Shown: positions 38,499 to 48,739, numbered from the stretch's first letter. The stretch is DNA of 64,000 nt from Thermoanaerobaculia bacterium (GCA_947259725.1 CAMYNM010000001.1:136190-200189); one strand, 5' to 3'. Numbers and translations are program-made. The notes: generated by a model from the sequence alone, not told the origin.

Positions 38499-40153
38499 CG
38501 AGATCTCGGGTTCGCGACCGCGCTCGTCTTCCGGCGATGCCTTCGATCCACGAGCTCGACCAGTTCCTCGAGGGTCACGCCGAGGCGACGGGCGGTGGCG
38601 GTCGCCAGCGAGGTGCCGGCGACGCCCGGGACGAACTGATAGGTCGAGGACTCGCCCCTCATCTCCACCTGTAGGAACCTGAGACTGTCGGTCGGTGGGC
38701 TCGATTCGAGCTCGCGAGCAAAGTCCAGGAAGTGAGTGGTGATCAGACCGATCGGCTCGACCCGCTGCAGCAGCTGGATCACCATCAGAAAGATCTCGAC
38801 GGCTTCCGAAGGATTCGTCCCTGAGCACAGCTCGTCCACCAACACCATCGAGCGCGGCCCAAGCGACTCGAACAGCTTGCGAATACGCAGCAGCTCCGTC
38901 CCCAGCCGGCCCTCGCGCTGGTCCACGCTCGCGGGCTCGGTCGCCGAGGCGAACAGCCCGTCGACCAGCGCGAGCCGCGCACGGGCCGCCGGCACGTATA
39001 GCCCGGACTGGCCGAGCATCTGCGCGAGACCGATGGCTTGCAGAAGCCGGGTCTTGCCGCCCGAGTTGGGTCCCGTGATGATGAAGACCGGATCTCGAAG
39101 ATCGGAGACCAGAGTCGAAGGTACCGGCCTCCCCTGACGGAACAGGAGCGGGTTGAACAGCTCTTCGAGCTGCAAGTCGGACCCGGACTCGAACTCCGCG
39201 ACGCACACGGCCAGACCCGCCGACTCCGCCCGCGTTCGAAACGATCGCGAACCGAGGTAGAACGCCAGATGACACTGCAGCTGCAAGAGAGGCTTCAGCC
39301 AATCGCTGATCTGGAGAAACACCTCATGAACCACTCGGTTGACCAGCTCCTTGCTGCTGAACTCGAAGCCGTGGCGGATGAGCTCGACGCGGTCCTTGAG
39401 CCGCCTCATCGGCGGCACATAGAAGGGGTTGCCGGTGTTCTCCTCGACCCGGTTCAAGCGAAGCTGACGGATCTTGCCGTCGGCCCCCACCTGAATGCTG
39501 AAATCGAGCTTGGCGAGGTGGTTCTCGTAATCTAGAAGGGAGGCCAACCAGCCCCACTGGGGCGTCGACCGGATCTCGGCGCCGGTAGTGTGGATGCGGC
39601 GCAATCCCGAGTTCGCCGCGGAGAAGTTCTCCGCCATTGCTTCGATGGTCTTTTTCGCTTGGTCGAGAATCTCGAGTCGAAACAGCGTGATGTCGAGCTT
39701 GGCCCGCCGGTGCGGCGCCTTGAACAGCGATAGGAGATGAAAAAGATCTTGAAACAGACCCTGCGTCCTGGCGAGCAGCTCAGCGTCCGAATCGAGCTCC
39801 CCCAGGATTTCCTGACGAAATCGAATCGTGGCGACATCCAGCGGTGGGCGAGAGAGAACCTCGCGCAGAAACACCTTGTTGATCGGAGTCGGCCGCCCGA
39901 GGCTTTCAACTTGAAAGCACTCCTCGACGAGCGCGTCCAAAAAGAGCTCTTCGCGAAACAGCTCGGGGCGCCAGCCGGACTCCCCATCGAGGCCGTCGGT
40001 CCGCGCAAGCGCCTGCTCGAGGTGGTCCGCCGCGCCGCCACCGAGAAAGGAGATCTCCATCAGCTCGTCGACGGCGACCTCGTCGAGATGCAGACGTGCC
40101 TCGAGACCCAGCAGGTCCGGCACCGGAACCTGAGCTGGAGACGGACCTGCCAT
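38495..40153 (-). CDS. MutS-related ATPase (domain V, lacking the mismatch-binding domain)
   Basis: ITGPNSGGKT, EGRLGTEL, VLVDELCSGTNP, TTHF; stop overlaps the queG start (ATGA). Confidence 0.85.
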   Translation of the reverse strand: MAGPSPAQVPVPDLLGLEARLHLDEVAVDELMEISFLGGGAADHLEQALARTDGLDGESGWRPELFREELFLDALVEECFQVESLGRPTPINKVFLREVLSRPPLDVATIRFRQEILGELDSDAELLARTQGLFQDLFHLLSLFKAPHRRAKLDITLFRLEILDQAKKTIEAMAENFSAANSGLRRIHTTGAEIRSTPQWGWLASLLDYENHLAKLDFSIQVGADGKIRQLRLNRVEENTGNPFYVPPMRRLKDRVELIRHGFEFSSKELVNRVVHEVFLQISDWLKPLLQLQCHLAFYLGSRSFRTRAESAGLAVCVAEFESGSDLQLEELFNPLLFRQGRPVPSTLVSDLRDPVFIITGPNSGGKTRLLQAIGLAQMLGQSGLYVPAARARLALVDGLFASATEPASVDQREGRLGTELLRIRKLFESLGPRSMVLVDELCSGTNPSEAVEIFLMVIQLLQRVEPIGLITTHFLDFARELESSPPTDSLRFLQVEMRGESSTYQFVPGVAGTSLATATARRLGVTLEELVELVDRRHRRKTSAVANPRSR

Positions 40154-40167
40154 GCACCGGCTCGGAT

Positions 40168-40917
40168 TCAGTTCGCGACCGCTGGGGCCGGGCTCAGAGA
40201 GACCAGAGTGTCGGTCCCGAGGTAGCCATCGTCGGTGTTGTAGTACCAGGCGCGCGTCCGTGGCAGCCGTAGCGTCCCCAGGACCGTTTCGCCCTCCAGG
40301 GCGATGTACTCGCCGTCGTTCTTGCTTTCGTCGTGAAAGAACCGGTAACCGGCCAGGGCCGCGGTCGAGGGGTCGAAATAGAAATACCAGGTGTCGCCGC
40401 CGACGGCCTCGTCGTAGGTGACCCGGATGGCCAGGACCGAACGTCCGTCGAAATCGGTTTCCATCACCTCGGCGTCGATTCGGGTGCCGGGATCGCGCAG
40501 TTTCATCGGCAATCCCCAAAGGTAGGTGTAGTAGTCACGCTTGCGCTCGACGTCGGCCTCGCTCAATCGGTATTTCTTAGATGCTTCCGCCGGAATGTCG
40601 GTGCTGCCGTCCATCCTCGCCTGCCACGAGTCGCCTTCAATCCGGGCGGCGAGGTCGTGCCCATCGCGAACCGTGCTCCAGGTGAACACCTCGCTTTCGA
40701 GATCGATCCCGATCTCGGTCACACTGGTCTCGCCGTCCGGGCGGGTCCCTTCGAGCGTGAACTGGAGTGGGTCACCACCCCAGACCCCATCGGGATCGTG
40801 ATACTCGATGGCCCGTTCCAGCAGCTCGGGTCCGGTCGGAAGGTCCGAGGGGAAGGCCGCGGTCGAGGCGAGAACGAGTATCGATAGACCGAGGGCGGAG
40901 CGTGTTGCGCAGTACAT
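40168..40917 (-). CDS. DUF6503-like secreted protein
   Basis: Signal peptide; LLERAIEYHDP.G.W, YYTYLWGLPMKLRDPGT, GGDTWYFYFDP. Confidence 0.75.
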   Translation of the reverse strand: MYCATRSALGLSILVLASTAAFPSDLPTGPELLERAIEYHDPDGVWGGDPLQFTLEGTRPDGETSVTEIGIDLESEVFTWSTVRDGHDLAARIEGDSWQARMDGSTDIPAEASKKYRLSEADVERKRDYYTYLWGLPMKLRDPGTRIDAEVMETDFDGRSVLAIRVTYDEAVGGDTWYFYFDPSTAALAGYRFFHDESKNDGEYIALEGETVLGTLRLPRTRAWYYNTDDGYLGTDTLVSLSPAPAVAN

Positions 40918-41007
40918 GTTGACTGATTGTAGACAAAACGAAGGGAACGGGCCCCACGGCACAACCAGTTGGGAGGGGACACCCGCGTGACGGATGGCCT
41001 CGAAGCG

Positions 41008-42228
41008 CTAGCGCCAGCCGGTCGGCTCGAGTCCCAACGCGCTCGAGTAGCGCGCCAGGGCGGTCCTGGCCGCTTCGCCGTCGGCGGCCGACGCCGGCCG
41101 AGCGGTGCCGGTGCCCTCGAAGCGGCCCGAGAGCACCTTCAACGCGCCGCGATCACGGTCTGCTTTCAGGTCGAACCGGGCCACCAGCCGCTCTCCCGCC
41201 AGCACCGGCAGGCAGTAGTAGCCGTACTTCCGCTTCGGAGCGGGCTTGAAAATCTCGAGCATCTGCTCGAAGTCGAAGAGGCGTTGCACCCGGGCGCGAT
41301 CCCAGAGCAGAGGATCAAACGGCGACAGCAGGACACCGCGATCCATGCGCGGCCGGACCCGCTCCAAGCGCGCCGCAAGCTCTAGGTCGCGCGGCCGGAT
41401 CCAGCCGAGAGACGGTCGGCCTCCCGGGTTGTCGAGCTGACAGGGAACCACCTCACCCAGCTCAGCCAGGCGTTCCAGGGTGGCTGCGATCTCGCGTTTG
41501 CGATTGGTGAGCCGCCAGGTCTGGGCAAGCGTGCCGGTAAGCGCCCACCCGTGGCCGTCGAGCGCCTTGAGAAGAAGAAGCGCGAGCGCCTCACGCTTTG
41601 CGAGCGGCTGCGAGCGCACCTCCTCGGGGATGACTCTCTCGGCCAAATCGTAGGTCTTCTGGAAGTTCTTGCGCTCTCGAATGGCGAGCTCTCCGCTCGA
41701 CCATAGAGCCAAGGCCACCCGCTTGGCGACTTTGAGATCCCACCAGCCGCTGCTGCCCTTCCCCTCCATGTCCACCGAGCGCAGAGGTCCCTCGTCGCGG
41801 ATCCTCGCGCGGAGCCTGCGAGCCACGGCGCGATTGCGCGCGACGACGTTGCCCCACCAGGGATGACATCCGAGGAATTCGCGGCGGCGGAACTCGAACG
41901 CCGGATAGAGCTCCATCGGCATCCAGCTGGCCTCGTGTCCCCAGTACTCGAACAGCGGCTCGCCCGGCCGGAGAAGATCTTCACCCAGCTCCGGGTCGAT
42001 GCGCTCGAGCCTCGACAGGAGAACGATCGTGTGGCTCCGCGCGCCGGCAATAGCGACCGTATCGAGCTGCAGATAGCCGAAGCCGTGAATCACCTTCTGG
42101 GCCGCGAGCCGAGCCCGCTTACCACCGCCCGCGCCACTGACCGGGAATCCGCTCCATTCCGGCTTGAGCAATCCCGCCCGGCACAAAGCAAGGCGGCAGG
42201 CGGCGCGTCTGTTGAGGCTCTCCATCAA
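41008..42228 (-). CDS. YcaQ/AlkZ-family winged-helix DNA crosslink glycosylase
   Basis: LQLDTV (QxD), FEYWGHEA, LLSPFDPLLWDRAR, R.YGYYCLP. Confidence 0.9.
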   Translation of the reverse strand: MMESLNRRAACRLALCRAGLLKPEWSGFPVSGAGGGKRARLAAQKVIHGFGYLQLDTVAIAGARSHTIVLLSRLERIDPELGEDLLRPGEPLFEYWGHEASWMPMELYPAFEFRRREFLGCHPWWGNVVARNRAVARRLRARIRDEGPLRSVDMEGKGSSGWWDLKVAKRVALALWSSGELAIRERKNFQKTYDLAERVIPEEVRSQPLAKREALALLLLKALDGHGWALTGTLAQTWRLTNRKREIAATLERLAELGEVVPCQLDNPGGRPSLGWIRPRDLELAARLERVRPRMDRGVLLSPFDPLLWDRARVQRLFDFEQMLEIFKPAPKRKYGYYCLPVLAGERLVARFDLKADRDRGALKVLSGRFEGTGTARPASAADGEAARTALARYSSALGLEPTGWR

Positions 42229-42326
42229 GACGGATCATCCCACGCCCAACGGCCTGGGCCCGGCAATGCCCCACCCCGGCCCCGCATCCCACCTTGACGT
42301 CGAGCCGGGCGCCGGACCGGCGGACT

Positions 42327-43034
42327 CTACGAGCCGGGGCGTACCTCGGGAGCGGCCGGCGCTCGCGCCGACACCACGGCGACAATCTCTTCGATGACCT
42401 CCGCGACCGATAGCTCGCCGGTGTCGATCACGCGGTAGGTCTCGTCCCAGGTGAGTGGCGAGTCCACCCGGCTGCTGTCGCGCTCGTCCCGCGTTCGGAC
42501 CTCGCGCTCGATCTCGTCGAGATCCAACCCTTCGGCCCCGGCGTCTTTCAACTGACGCCAGCGCCGCTGCGCCCGCACCCGTGGCGCCGCGGTAAGGAAG
42601 AACTTGAACGGCGTGTCCGGAACCACGCGGGTACCGATATCGCGCCCTTCCAGGACCCCACCGTTCTCGGAGGCACAGGTCCTTTGGAGCTCGCGCATGC
42701 GCTCACGCACACCCGGGTAGGCTGATGTCCGGGAGGTCACCCCGGTGACCCGGAGGCCGTAGATTCGGCTCCCCACCGGCTCGCCCTGAACCCGGATCTC
42801 GAACGAACCGTCGGGTTGCCGATCTAGGGACATCTCCAGACCGGCCGCCAGAGCCTCGACCGCCTGGCGGTCGCCCGGATCGATCGCGCGTTCCACGACC
42901 TCGAGCCCCAGCGCGCGGTACATGGCACCGGTCTCGAGATACGGCAGGCCCAGGCGGGAGGCCACACCCTGCGCCACCGTCGACTTCCCGACGCCCGACG
43001 GCCCGTCGATCGCGATCACCAGGTCCGAGCTCAT
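42327..43034 (-). CDS. cmk: Cytidylate kinase
   Basis: AIDGPSGVGKST, TGAMYR, EGRDIGT, RDERD. Confidence 0.95.
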   Translation of the reverse strand: MSSDLVIAIDGPSGVGKSTVAQGVASRLGLPYLETGAMYRALGLEVVERAIDPGDRQAVEALAAGLEMSLDRQPDGSFEIRVQGEPVGSRIYGLRVTGVTSRTSAYPGVRERMRELQRTCASENGGVLEGRDIGTRVVPDTPFKFFLTAAPRVRAQRRWRQLKDAGAEGLDLDEIEREVRTRDERDSSRVDSPLTWDETYRVIDTGELSVAEVIEEIVAVVSARAPAAPEVRPGS

Positions 43035-43825
43035 GAGCGCCGGTTGCGACCTCGAGCCGGCCGAGGCTGTGCCTCGAGGCCCGAAAACAGCTCGACCTCC
43101 CGCTCCGTAAGCTCACGGTAGGTGCCCTTTCGTAGCCGGGCGTCGGACAGCGGTCCGATCGCGACGCGTCGCAGGCGCAGCACTTGATGGCCGACCCGAT
43201 CGAACATCTCTCGAATCTGGCGGGTTCGTCCCTCGGTCAGCTCGATCCGCCACCACGAGTTGGACTCGAGGCCTCGCCGACCGCGGCTTCGAGCGAGCGG
43301 CTGGATCTTCGCCGGATGGGTGCGCCGCCCTCCCAGCACAATGCCGGAGCGCAGTTTGGCAATCGACTCCGGCGACGGCCGACCGTGCACCTTGACCTCA
43401 TAGCTCTTCGAGCAACCATGCCGGGGATGACTGACGCGATGGGCGAGATCGCCGTCGTCGGTCAAAAGGAGCAGGCCCTCGGTATCGAAATCGAGCCGTC
43501 CGACAGCGAATAACCGGCGTCGAACCTGCGGCGGCAACAAATCGAACACCGTCGGCCGTCCCTCGGGGTCCGAGCGCGTGGTGATATAGCCGGAAGGCTT
43601 GTTGAGCAGCAGGTAGCGGTTGCGCCCGGGAAGGGTCACCCGCTTGCCGTCCACCTTGACCGAATCCACCGCGAGATTCGCCTTGCCACCGATCTCGGCA
43701 ACCTCACCGTTCACGGTCACGCGACCTTCCCGAATCAGCTGCTCGGCGGCCCGCCGTGAAGCGATCCCGGCTCTCGACAGGATCTTCTGCAGGCGTTCGC
43801 TGCCGGACGACGTCACGGAGTCCAT
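43031..43825 (-). CDS. rluB: Pseudouridine synthase, RluB/RsuA family
   Basis: S4 domain RLQKILS..G.ASRR; VGRLDFDTEGLL; EGRTRQIR. Confidence 0.88.
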   Translation of the reverse strand: MDSVTSSGSERLQKILSRAGIASRRAAEQLIREGRVTVNGEVAEIGGKANLAVDSVKVDGKRVTLPGRNRYLLLNKPSGYITTRSDPEGRPTVFDLLPPQVRRRLFAVGRLDFDTEGLLLLTDDGDLAHRVSHPRHGCSKSYEVKVHGRPSPESIAKLRSGIVLGGRRTHPAKIQPLARSRGRRGLESNSWWRIELTEGRTRQIREMFDRVGHQVLRLRRVAIGPLSDARLRKGTYRELTEREVELFSGLEAQPRPARGRNRRS

Positions 43826-43826
43826 A

Positions 43827-44546
43827 TCAAGGCTCCGCTTCTTCCGGCACAGCGTTCATCGATCGAAAGGTTTCCGCCTCGCTGGAATCCGGCTCGCCGT
43901 CCGGGTCGTCGTCGATCGGACCCTCGTCTTCGTGATCTTCTTTTCCCCGGTCCTGGTCGGTCGACGCCGAGGGCTCGAACGGCAGGATCTCTCCACCCGG
44001 GCTCGCCATCTGTCCGAAGGTCTCTTCGAACTCTTCCAGCGGCGGGAGATCCTCGAGGCTCTGAAGGCCGAAGTGCATCAGGAAGTCCCGCGTGGTTGCG
44101 TACAGAAAGGGCTTGCCCACGACCAGCTTGCGTCCGGCGATGCGGATCAGGCGCTTCTCGAGCAGCGTCTTGAGCACGCCACTCGAGCTCACGCTGCGGA
44201 GGTCTTGAATCTCCGGTCCCGTGATCGGTTGCCGGTAGGCGATGATCGCGAGGGTCTCGAGCGCCGCCATCGACAACCGGTTCTGCCCGGTGATCTCGAA
44301 GAGTTTGCGCAGATAGCCGTGAAGCTCGGGCCGGGTCACCAGGCGCAGCCCGCCGGCCACCTCTTCGATGAAGACGCCCCGATCCGAGCTCTGGCGATAG
44401 CGCTCGAGGACGTTCTCGAGAGCCGCTTCGGCCTTCTTGCGCGCGCGGCTGCCGAAGACCTCGAGAAGCTTCTTGCGCCGGATGGGCTCGGGCGTCGCGA
44501 ACAGGGCGGCTTCGATCACCGCCTCGATTTCTTGTGGATCGGACAT
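43827..44546 (-). CDS. scpB: Segregation and condensation protein B
   Basis: IEAALF, LSMAALETLAIIAYRQPIT, GKPFLYATT..FL..FGL. Confidence 0.95.
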   Translation of the reverse strand: MSDPQEIEAVIEAALFATPEPIRRKKLLEVFGSRARKKAEAALENVLERYRQSSDRGVFIEEVAGGLRLVTRPELHGYLRKLFEITGQNRLSMAALETLAIIAYRQPITGPEIQDLRSVSSSGVLKTLLEKRLIRIAGRKLVVGKPFLYATTRDFLMHFGLQSLEDLPPLEEFEETFGQMASPGGEILPFEPSASTDQDRGKEDHEDEGPIDDDPDGEPDSSEAETFRSMNAVPEEAEP

Positions 44547-44572
44547 TTCTGCTGCTCCCTGGCCAGGCGCGC

Positions 44573-45346
44573 CTAGCCGGAAATGGCCTCGAGCTCGTGC
44601 TCCTCGAGCTCGCGCTCCGTGCGGTACATCAATACGCTGCCGCCGTCGGTCTGATGGAGGCGCACCAGTTCGAGCCTGGCCAGCTCCAGCACCGCCAGGA
44701 ACGCCGCGATGGCCTCGGCCCGGCAGGTCCGGCTGGCGAGGTCGTCGAGCAGGTCAACCGGCCGCTTGCCGGCCAGCGCTGCGAGCAGCCGCTCGAACTG
44801 ACCGCGTGTCGAGAAGCTCTCTCCCCGCAAGTGCAGCGCGGGCGGATGCTCGCGGTCAAACCGCAGCAGGACGCCGTTGAGTGCTCCGAGCAAATCGAAG
44901 AGAGACACCTCTCCCAGATCGATCGATTCCTCCTGATCGCCGCCGGTCAGGCGCTCAGCGGGCCGCGTCCAAACGCCCCGCCGGAGATTGTGCATCTCCG
45001 CCAGGGACTGCGCAGCATCCTTGAGCTTGCGGTATTCGAGAAGCCGCTCGACCAGATCCTGCCGCGGATCCTCCTCGACGCCGTGCTCGTCCTTGGGAAT
45101 CGGCAGCAGCATCTTCGATTTCAAGTGAATCAAGTAGGCCGCTTCGTAGACGTACTCGGCGGCGATGTCGAGGTCGAGCTCGTCCATGAGGCCGAGGTAT
45201 TCCTGGAACTGGTCACAAACCAGCGCCACCGGAATGTCGGTGATCTCGACCTCGTTGATGCGCACCAGGTGCAGAAGAAGGTCCAGCGGACCTTCGAACA
45301 CCGGCAACTTGACTCGCCATTCGGCTGGAAGCGCGCCGTTCATCAC
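44573..45346 (-). CDS. scpA: Segregation and condensation protein A
   Basis: FEGPLDLLLHL, KSKMLLP, FLAVLELAR. Confidence 0.95.
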   Translation of the reverse strand: MMNGALPAEWRVKLPVFEGPLDLLLHLVRINEVEITDIPVALVCDQFQEYLGLMDELDLDIAAEYVYEAAYLIHLKSKMLLPIPKDEHGVEEDPRQDLVERLLEYRKLKDAAQSLAEMHNLRRGVWTRPAERLTGGDQEESIDLGEVSLFDLLGALNGVLLRFDREHPPALHLRGESFSTRGQFERLLAALAGKRPVDLLDDLASRTCRAEAIAAFLAVLELARLELVRLHQTDGGSVLMYRTERELEEHELEAISG

Positions 45347-46365
45347 GTGGCTTCGAGGGGATCGGCCCGCAGGTAATCGTAGTCGAGAGTCATCTCCGAG
45401 CGCACCCGGCGCATCGTCTCGGAGGCGCGCTCGCGCGCTCGATCGCTTCCCTTTCTCAGAATATTGAGCAGCTCGCCCTTGTCCGCCATGAGCTCCTCGC
45501 GCCGCAACCGCATCGGCTCGAGAAAGGCGATCAGCCGGTCCGCCAGGAGCTTTTTGTCATCGACGCATCCGATCTGAGCCAGCCGGCACTCGCGCTCGAC
45601 ACGGTCTCGCAGTTCCGGCGGGGACACCAGCTTGTGGAACGCGAACAGGTTGCAGGTTTCCGGATGCCCCGGATCGGAACGCCGCACTCGGGTGGGATCG
45701 GTGAACATTGTCTGGCACTTGGCCCGGATCACCTCCGGAGAGTCCGCTATGTCGATCGTGTTGCCGTATGATTTCGACATCTTGCGCCCGTCGAGGCCGG
45801 GCACCCTGGGGGTAGGCGTAAAGAGTGCTTTGGGCTCCGGAAAGACGTCACCGTAGTTGTTGTTGAAGCGACGGGTGATCTCGCGGCTCAGTTCCAGGTG
45901 GCTGGCCTGATCCTCCCCCACCGGAACAAAATCCGCTCGGTAGAGCAGAATGTCTGCCGTCTGCAGGACGGGATAACCCAGAAACCCGTAGGTCGAGAGA
46001 TCTCGCTTCTTGAGCTCGCGGATCTGCTCCTTGTAGGTAGGCACCCTCTCCAGCCAGCCGAGCGGCGTGATCATCGAAAGCAGCAAATGGAGCTCGGCAT
46101 GCTCGGGGACGAACGACTGCAGAAAGATCACCGAGCGCTCCGGATCCAGCCCCGCCGCCAACCAGTCGGCCAGCACCTCGAGCGAATTCTCGGCGACCTG
46201 CGTAGTGTCGTCGTAGTCGGTGGTCAAGGCGTGCCAGTCCGCGATGAAGTAGTAGCTGCGGTATTTCTCCTGGAGATCCACCCAGTTCTTGATCGCTCCG
46301 AAGTAGTTGCCCAGATGCATCTTGCCGGTCGAGCGCATTCCGGACAGCACCACTTTTTCCCGCAC
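45343..46365 (-). CDS. trpS: Tryptophan--tRNA ligase
   Basis: SGMRSTGKMHLGN, VPVGEDQ, KMSKS. Confidence 0.96.
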   Translation of the reverse strand: MREKVVLSGMRSTGKMHLGNYFGAIKNWVDLQEKYRSYYFIADWHALTTDYDDTTQVAENSLEVLADWLAAGLDPERSVIFLQSFVPEHAELHLLLSMITPLGWLERVPTYKEQIRELKKRDLSTYGFLGYPVLQTADILLYRADFVPVGEDQASHLELSREITRRFNNNYGDVFPEPKALFTPTPRVPGLDGRKMSKSYGNTIDIADSPEVIRAKCQTMFTDPTRVRRSDPGHPETCNLFAFHKLVSPPELRDRVERECRLAQIGCVDDKKLLADRLIAFLEPMRLRREELMADKGELLNILRKGSDRARERASETMRRVRSEMTLDYDYLRADPLEAT

Positions 46366-46379
46366 GTTGAAACCCCTCG

Positions 46380-47084
46380 TCAGCCTGAGACTTGAATTAC
46401 CAGTAGGACTACCAGATACACGGGCAACACAATGATCGAAAGCACATTGAACGCCGCCAGCGCGAGCACGATCATAAAGCCATACGGCTGGATTCTCGAA
46501 TACCTCAGCGCCCAGGACCTGGGAAGCAGCTGCAGAGCTACCTGGCCTCCGTCGAGCGGCGGCACCGGCACCATGTTGAAAACACTCAGAAACCCGTTCA
46601 AGAAGGCGAACTGAACCAGGGTGTAGAGCAACGGGAAGTGCGCACTCTGGGCCGCGTTCTCGATGTCGCCCACCAGACACAGCGAGGCGGTCTCGGCTCC
46701 GGCGGAGCCCAGCAAAGCGATCGCCGCTGACAACGCCAGGAGCGCGACTCCACCGACGAGCAGGTTCGAGATCGGGCCGGCCAAGACGACGCGGAGGTGA
46801 TCGGTCTCCGGATTGCGAAGCTTGCTGACCCTTATCGGGGTCGGTTTCGCCCAGCCAAACACCGGCCCCCCGGCGAACACCAGAAGCACCGGCACGATAA
46901 TCGAGCCCAACAGGTCGATGTGGCGAACCGGGTTCAGTGTGATCCTCCCCAGGTCGGCGCCCGTCGGGTCGCCCGCCCGCAACGCGGACCAGGCGTGCGC
47001 CGCCTCGTGCACCGAGATCGCCAGCAAGATCACGAGCAGCTGAATCGCCCCGGCAAAAAGGGCATTCGGACCGGTCTCGATCAC
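46380..47084 (-). CDS. Site-2 protease, M50 family
   Basis: HEAAH, AGPISN, FNMVPVPPLDG. Confidence 0.92.
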   Translation of the reverse strand: MIETGPNALFAGAIQLLVILLAISVHEAAHAWSALRAGDPTGADLGRITLNPVRHIDLLGSIIVPVLLVFAGGPVFGWAKPTPIRVSKLRNPETDHLRVVLAGPISNLLVGGVALLALSAAIALLGSAGAETASLCLVGDIENAAQSAHFPLLYTLVQFAFLNGFLSVFNMVPVPPLDGGQVALQLLPRSWALRYSRIQPYGFMIVLALAAFNVLSIIVLPVYLVVLLVIQVSG

Positions 47085-47578
47085 GAGTCGCCGGCCACCG
47101 AGCGTTGCCGAACGGCTCGGTCCGCCAGTGCAATCAGCTTCTGATTCTCGGTCAGAACCAGAAACTCGAGATAGAGCGCCCGCAGCTGCGCAGCCACCGC
47201 AAGGTAAAAGAGTCCCCAGTGAATCCACTTCGGCAGTACGCTGGTCTCGACGCCACCACCCAGAATGAAGGTCGCCATGGCCAGTCCCATGGCGATCATG
47301 AGCCAGGGATAGGAGCGGTTCTTATAGTCCTTGGTGCGCTCGATCCACTCCTCGGGCAGCCCGTGCTCGGCGACCGCCTCCTTGATCATCTTCCCGGTTC
47401 CGATCAGGTAGAACATGATCCAGGAGTGCGAAAACAGAAGCAGGAAGCCGGCGACCAGCCCGAGCACGACGTGCCGGTCCACCGTCGGCGAATCGACCAC
47501 CATGTACCCGAGCACGCCGGTGGCGATGAAAACCAGCGTGGCGAAGGCTCCGACCATCAACAAGGCTCGTCCCATCAT
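47081..47578 (-). CDS. Four-TM membrane protein
   Basis: Four hydrophobic helices with His residues; coupled to both neighbours. Confidence 0.75.
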   Translation of the reverse strand: MMGRALLMVGAFATLVFIATGVLGYMVVDSPTVDRHVVLGLVAGFLLLFSHSWIMFYLIGTGKMIKEAVAEHGLPEEWIERTKDYKNRSYPWLMIAMGLAMATFILGGGVETSVLPKWIHWGLFYLAVAAQLRALYLEFLVLTENQKLIALADRAVRQRSVAGDS

Positions 47579-48739
47579 CTAGCTGGCTACGTCCTTTCCA
47601 GACCGGCCCGTTCCTGGAGCCCGGTCGATCGCACGTTCCCATATCGCGGCCGCTCCGGCCGGTGAATACTCCGTTTTCAGACGATCGCGACCACGCTCAC
47701 CCCTCCGGCGCGCTTCCGCGGGCTTTTCGAAGGCCTCGTTCAACGCTTCGGCCAACGCCTCCGGATCCTCGCACGGAACCAGCCAGCCTGTCTCGCCGTG
47801 CACCACGACCTCCGGGATGCCGCTGACCGCGCTGGCGATCACCGGCAAGCCTCGCTGCATCGCCTCGACGATCACCAGCGGCATGCCTTCATAGAGCGAA
47901 GGAACGAGCAGAACCCGAGCCGAGTCCATCAAGGCCTCTACATCCGATCGCTGCTTTCGACCCAGAAACTCCACCCGGGAACCGAGCCGCAATCGGGCAG
48001 CCGCAGCTTCCAGGCTCGAGCGATGCTCGCCGTCCCCGACGATCAGCAAGCGCCCCCGGACCGGCAATGCGGAGAACGCGTCGAGCGCCACCTCGAGCCC
48101 TTTGCGTATCCGCAGCCGGCCCACGAAGAGCGCGATCGGATCCCCGTCCGCCACGGCGGGTCTTTCCGCCGCCGTCGCCAGCGGCGCCACCACGTTCGGA
48201 ACGACCCTTACGCCTCGAGCACCGTAGTCTCGCTCGAGCTCGCCGGCGGTGGTCGCGCTCGGCGCGAGCACCCGGTCCGCGAGCCAGACCGTGAGCCAGC
48301 CGAGCACGATCTGAAGCGGCGCCTTGAACCACTTGAAGCAGCGCTCCCGCCAACCGGGTCGCCCGAGGACGCGACCGCGATGACGGATCGGGCGCACCGA
48401 CAGGAACTCCTGCCAGTAGCTCACCTGCAAGAGCGCCACCAGCATCGGCTCGGGAGAGAGCACGGGCCCGAGGATCTTGAGCGCCAGGGCGGCGAAGGCG
48501 CCGTCCGACTCGTGAACCTGCACGAGGTGGGGCCGGAACCGGCGCAGCTCCTGCAGGAAGGGAATCACCACCGAAACCGGAAACAGCAGCTTGACCGCCC
48601 GCGTGCCGGAGGCCGAGCGGCCGAAAACACGGACTTCGTGTCCGCTCTCCCCGAGCCCCGCGGTGAGCTGCAACACCTGCTCGCCGACCCCGGAAACGTC
48701 GTCCGGGGGCAGGGTGTTGGCCACCATCAAGATCCGCAT
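47579..48739 (-). CDS. Glycosyltransferase family 4
   Basis: FVGRLRIRKG, EGMPLVIVEAMQRGLPVI. Confidence 0.9.
   Translation of the reverse strand: MRILMVANTLPPDDVSGVGEQVLQLTAGLGESGHEVRVFGRSASGTRAVKLLFPVSVVIPFLQELRRFRPHLVQVHESDGAFAALALKILGPVLSPEPMLVALLQVSYWQEFLSVRPIRHRGRVLGRPGWRERCFKWFKAPLQIVLGWLTVWLADRVLAPSATTAGELERDYGARGVRVVPNVVAPLATAAERPAVADGDPIALFVGRLRIRKGLEVALDAFSALPVRGRLLIVGDGEHRSSLEAAAARLRLGSRVEFLGRKQRSDVEALMDSARVLLVPSLYEGMPLVIVEAMQRGLPVIASAVSGIPEVVVHGETGWLVPCEDPEALAEALNEAFEKPAEARRRGERGRDRLKTEYSPAGAAAIWERAIDRAPGTGRSGKDVAS

Noticed and set aside
37338-39302. Long N-terminal extensions in the ORF track (queG 654 aa, trpS 596 aa, MutS-like 674 aa, radC 314 aa, 60912 ORF 644 aa)
   Set aside because: They overlap upstream genes; downstream starts with an RBS or stop/start coupling fit family lengths.
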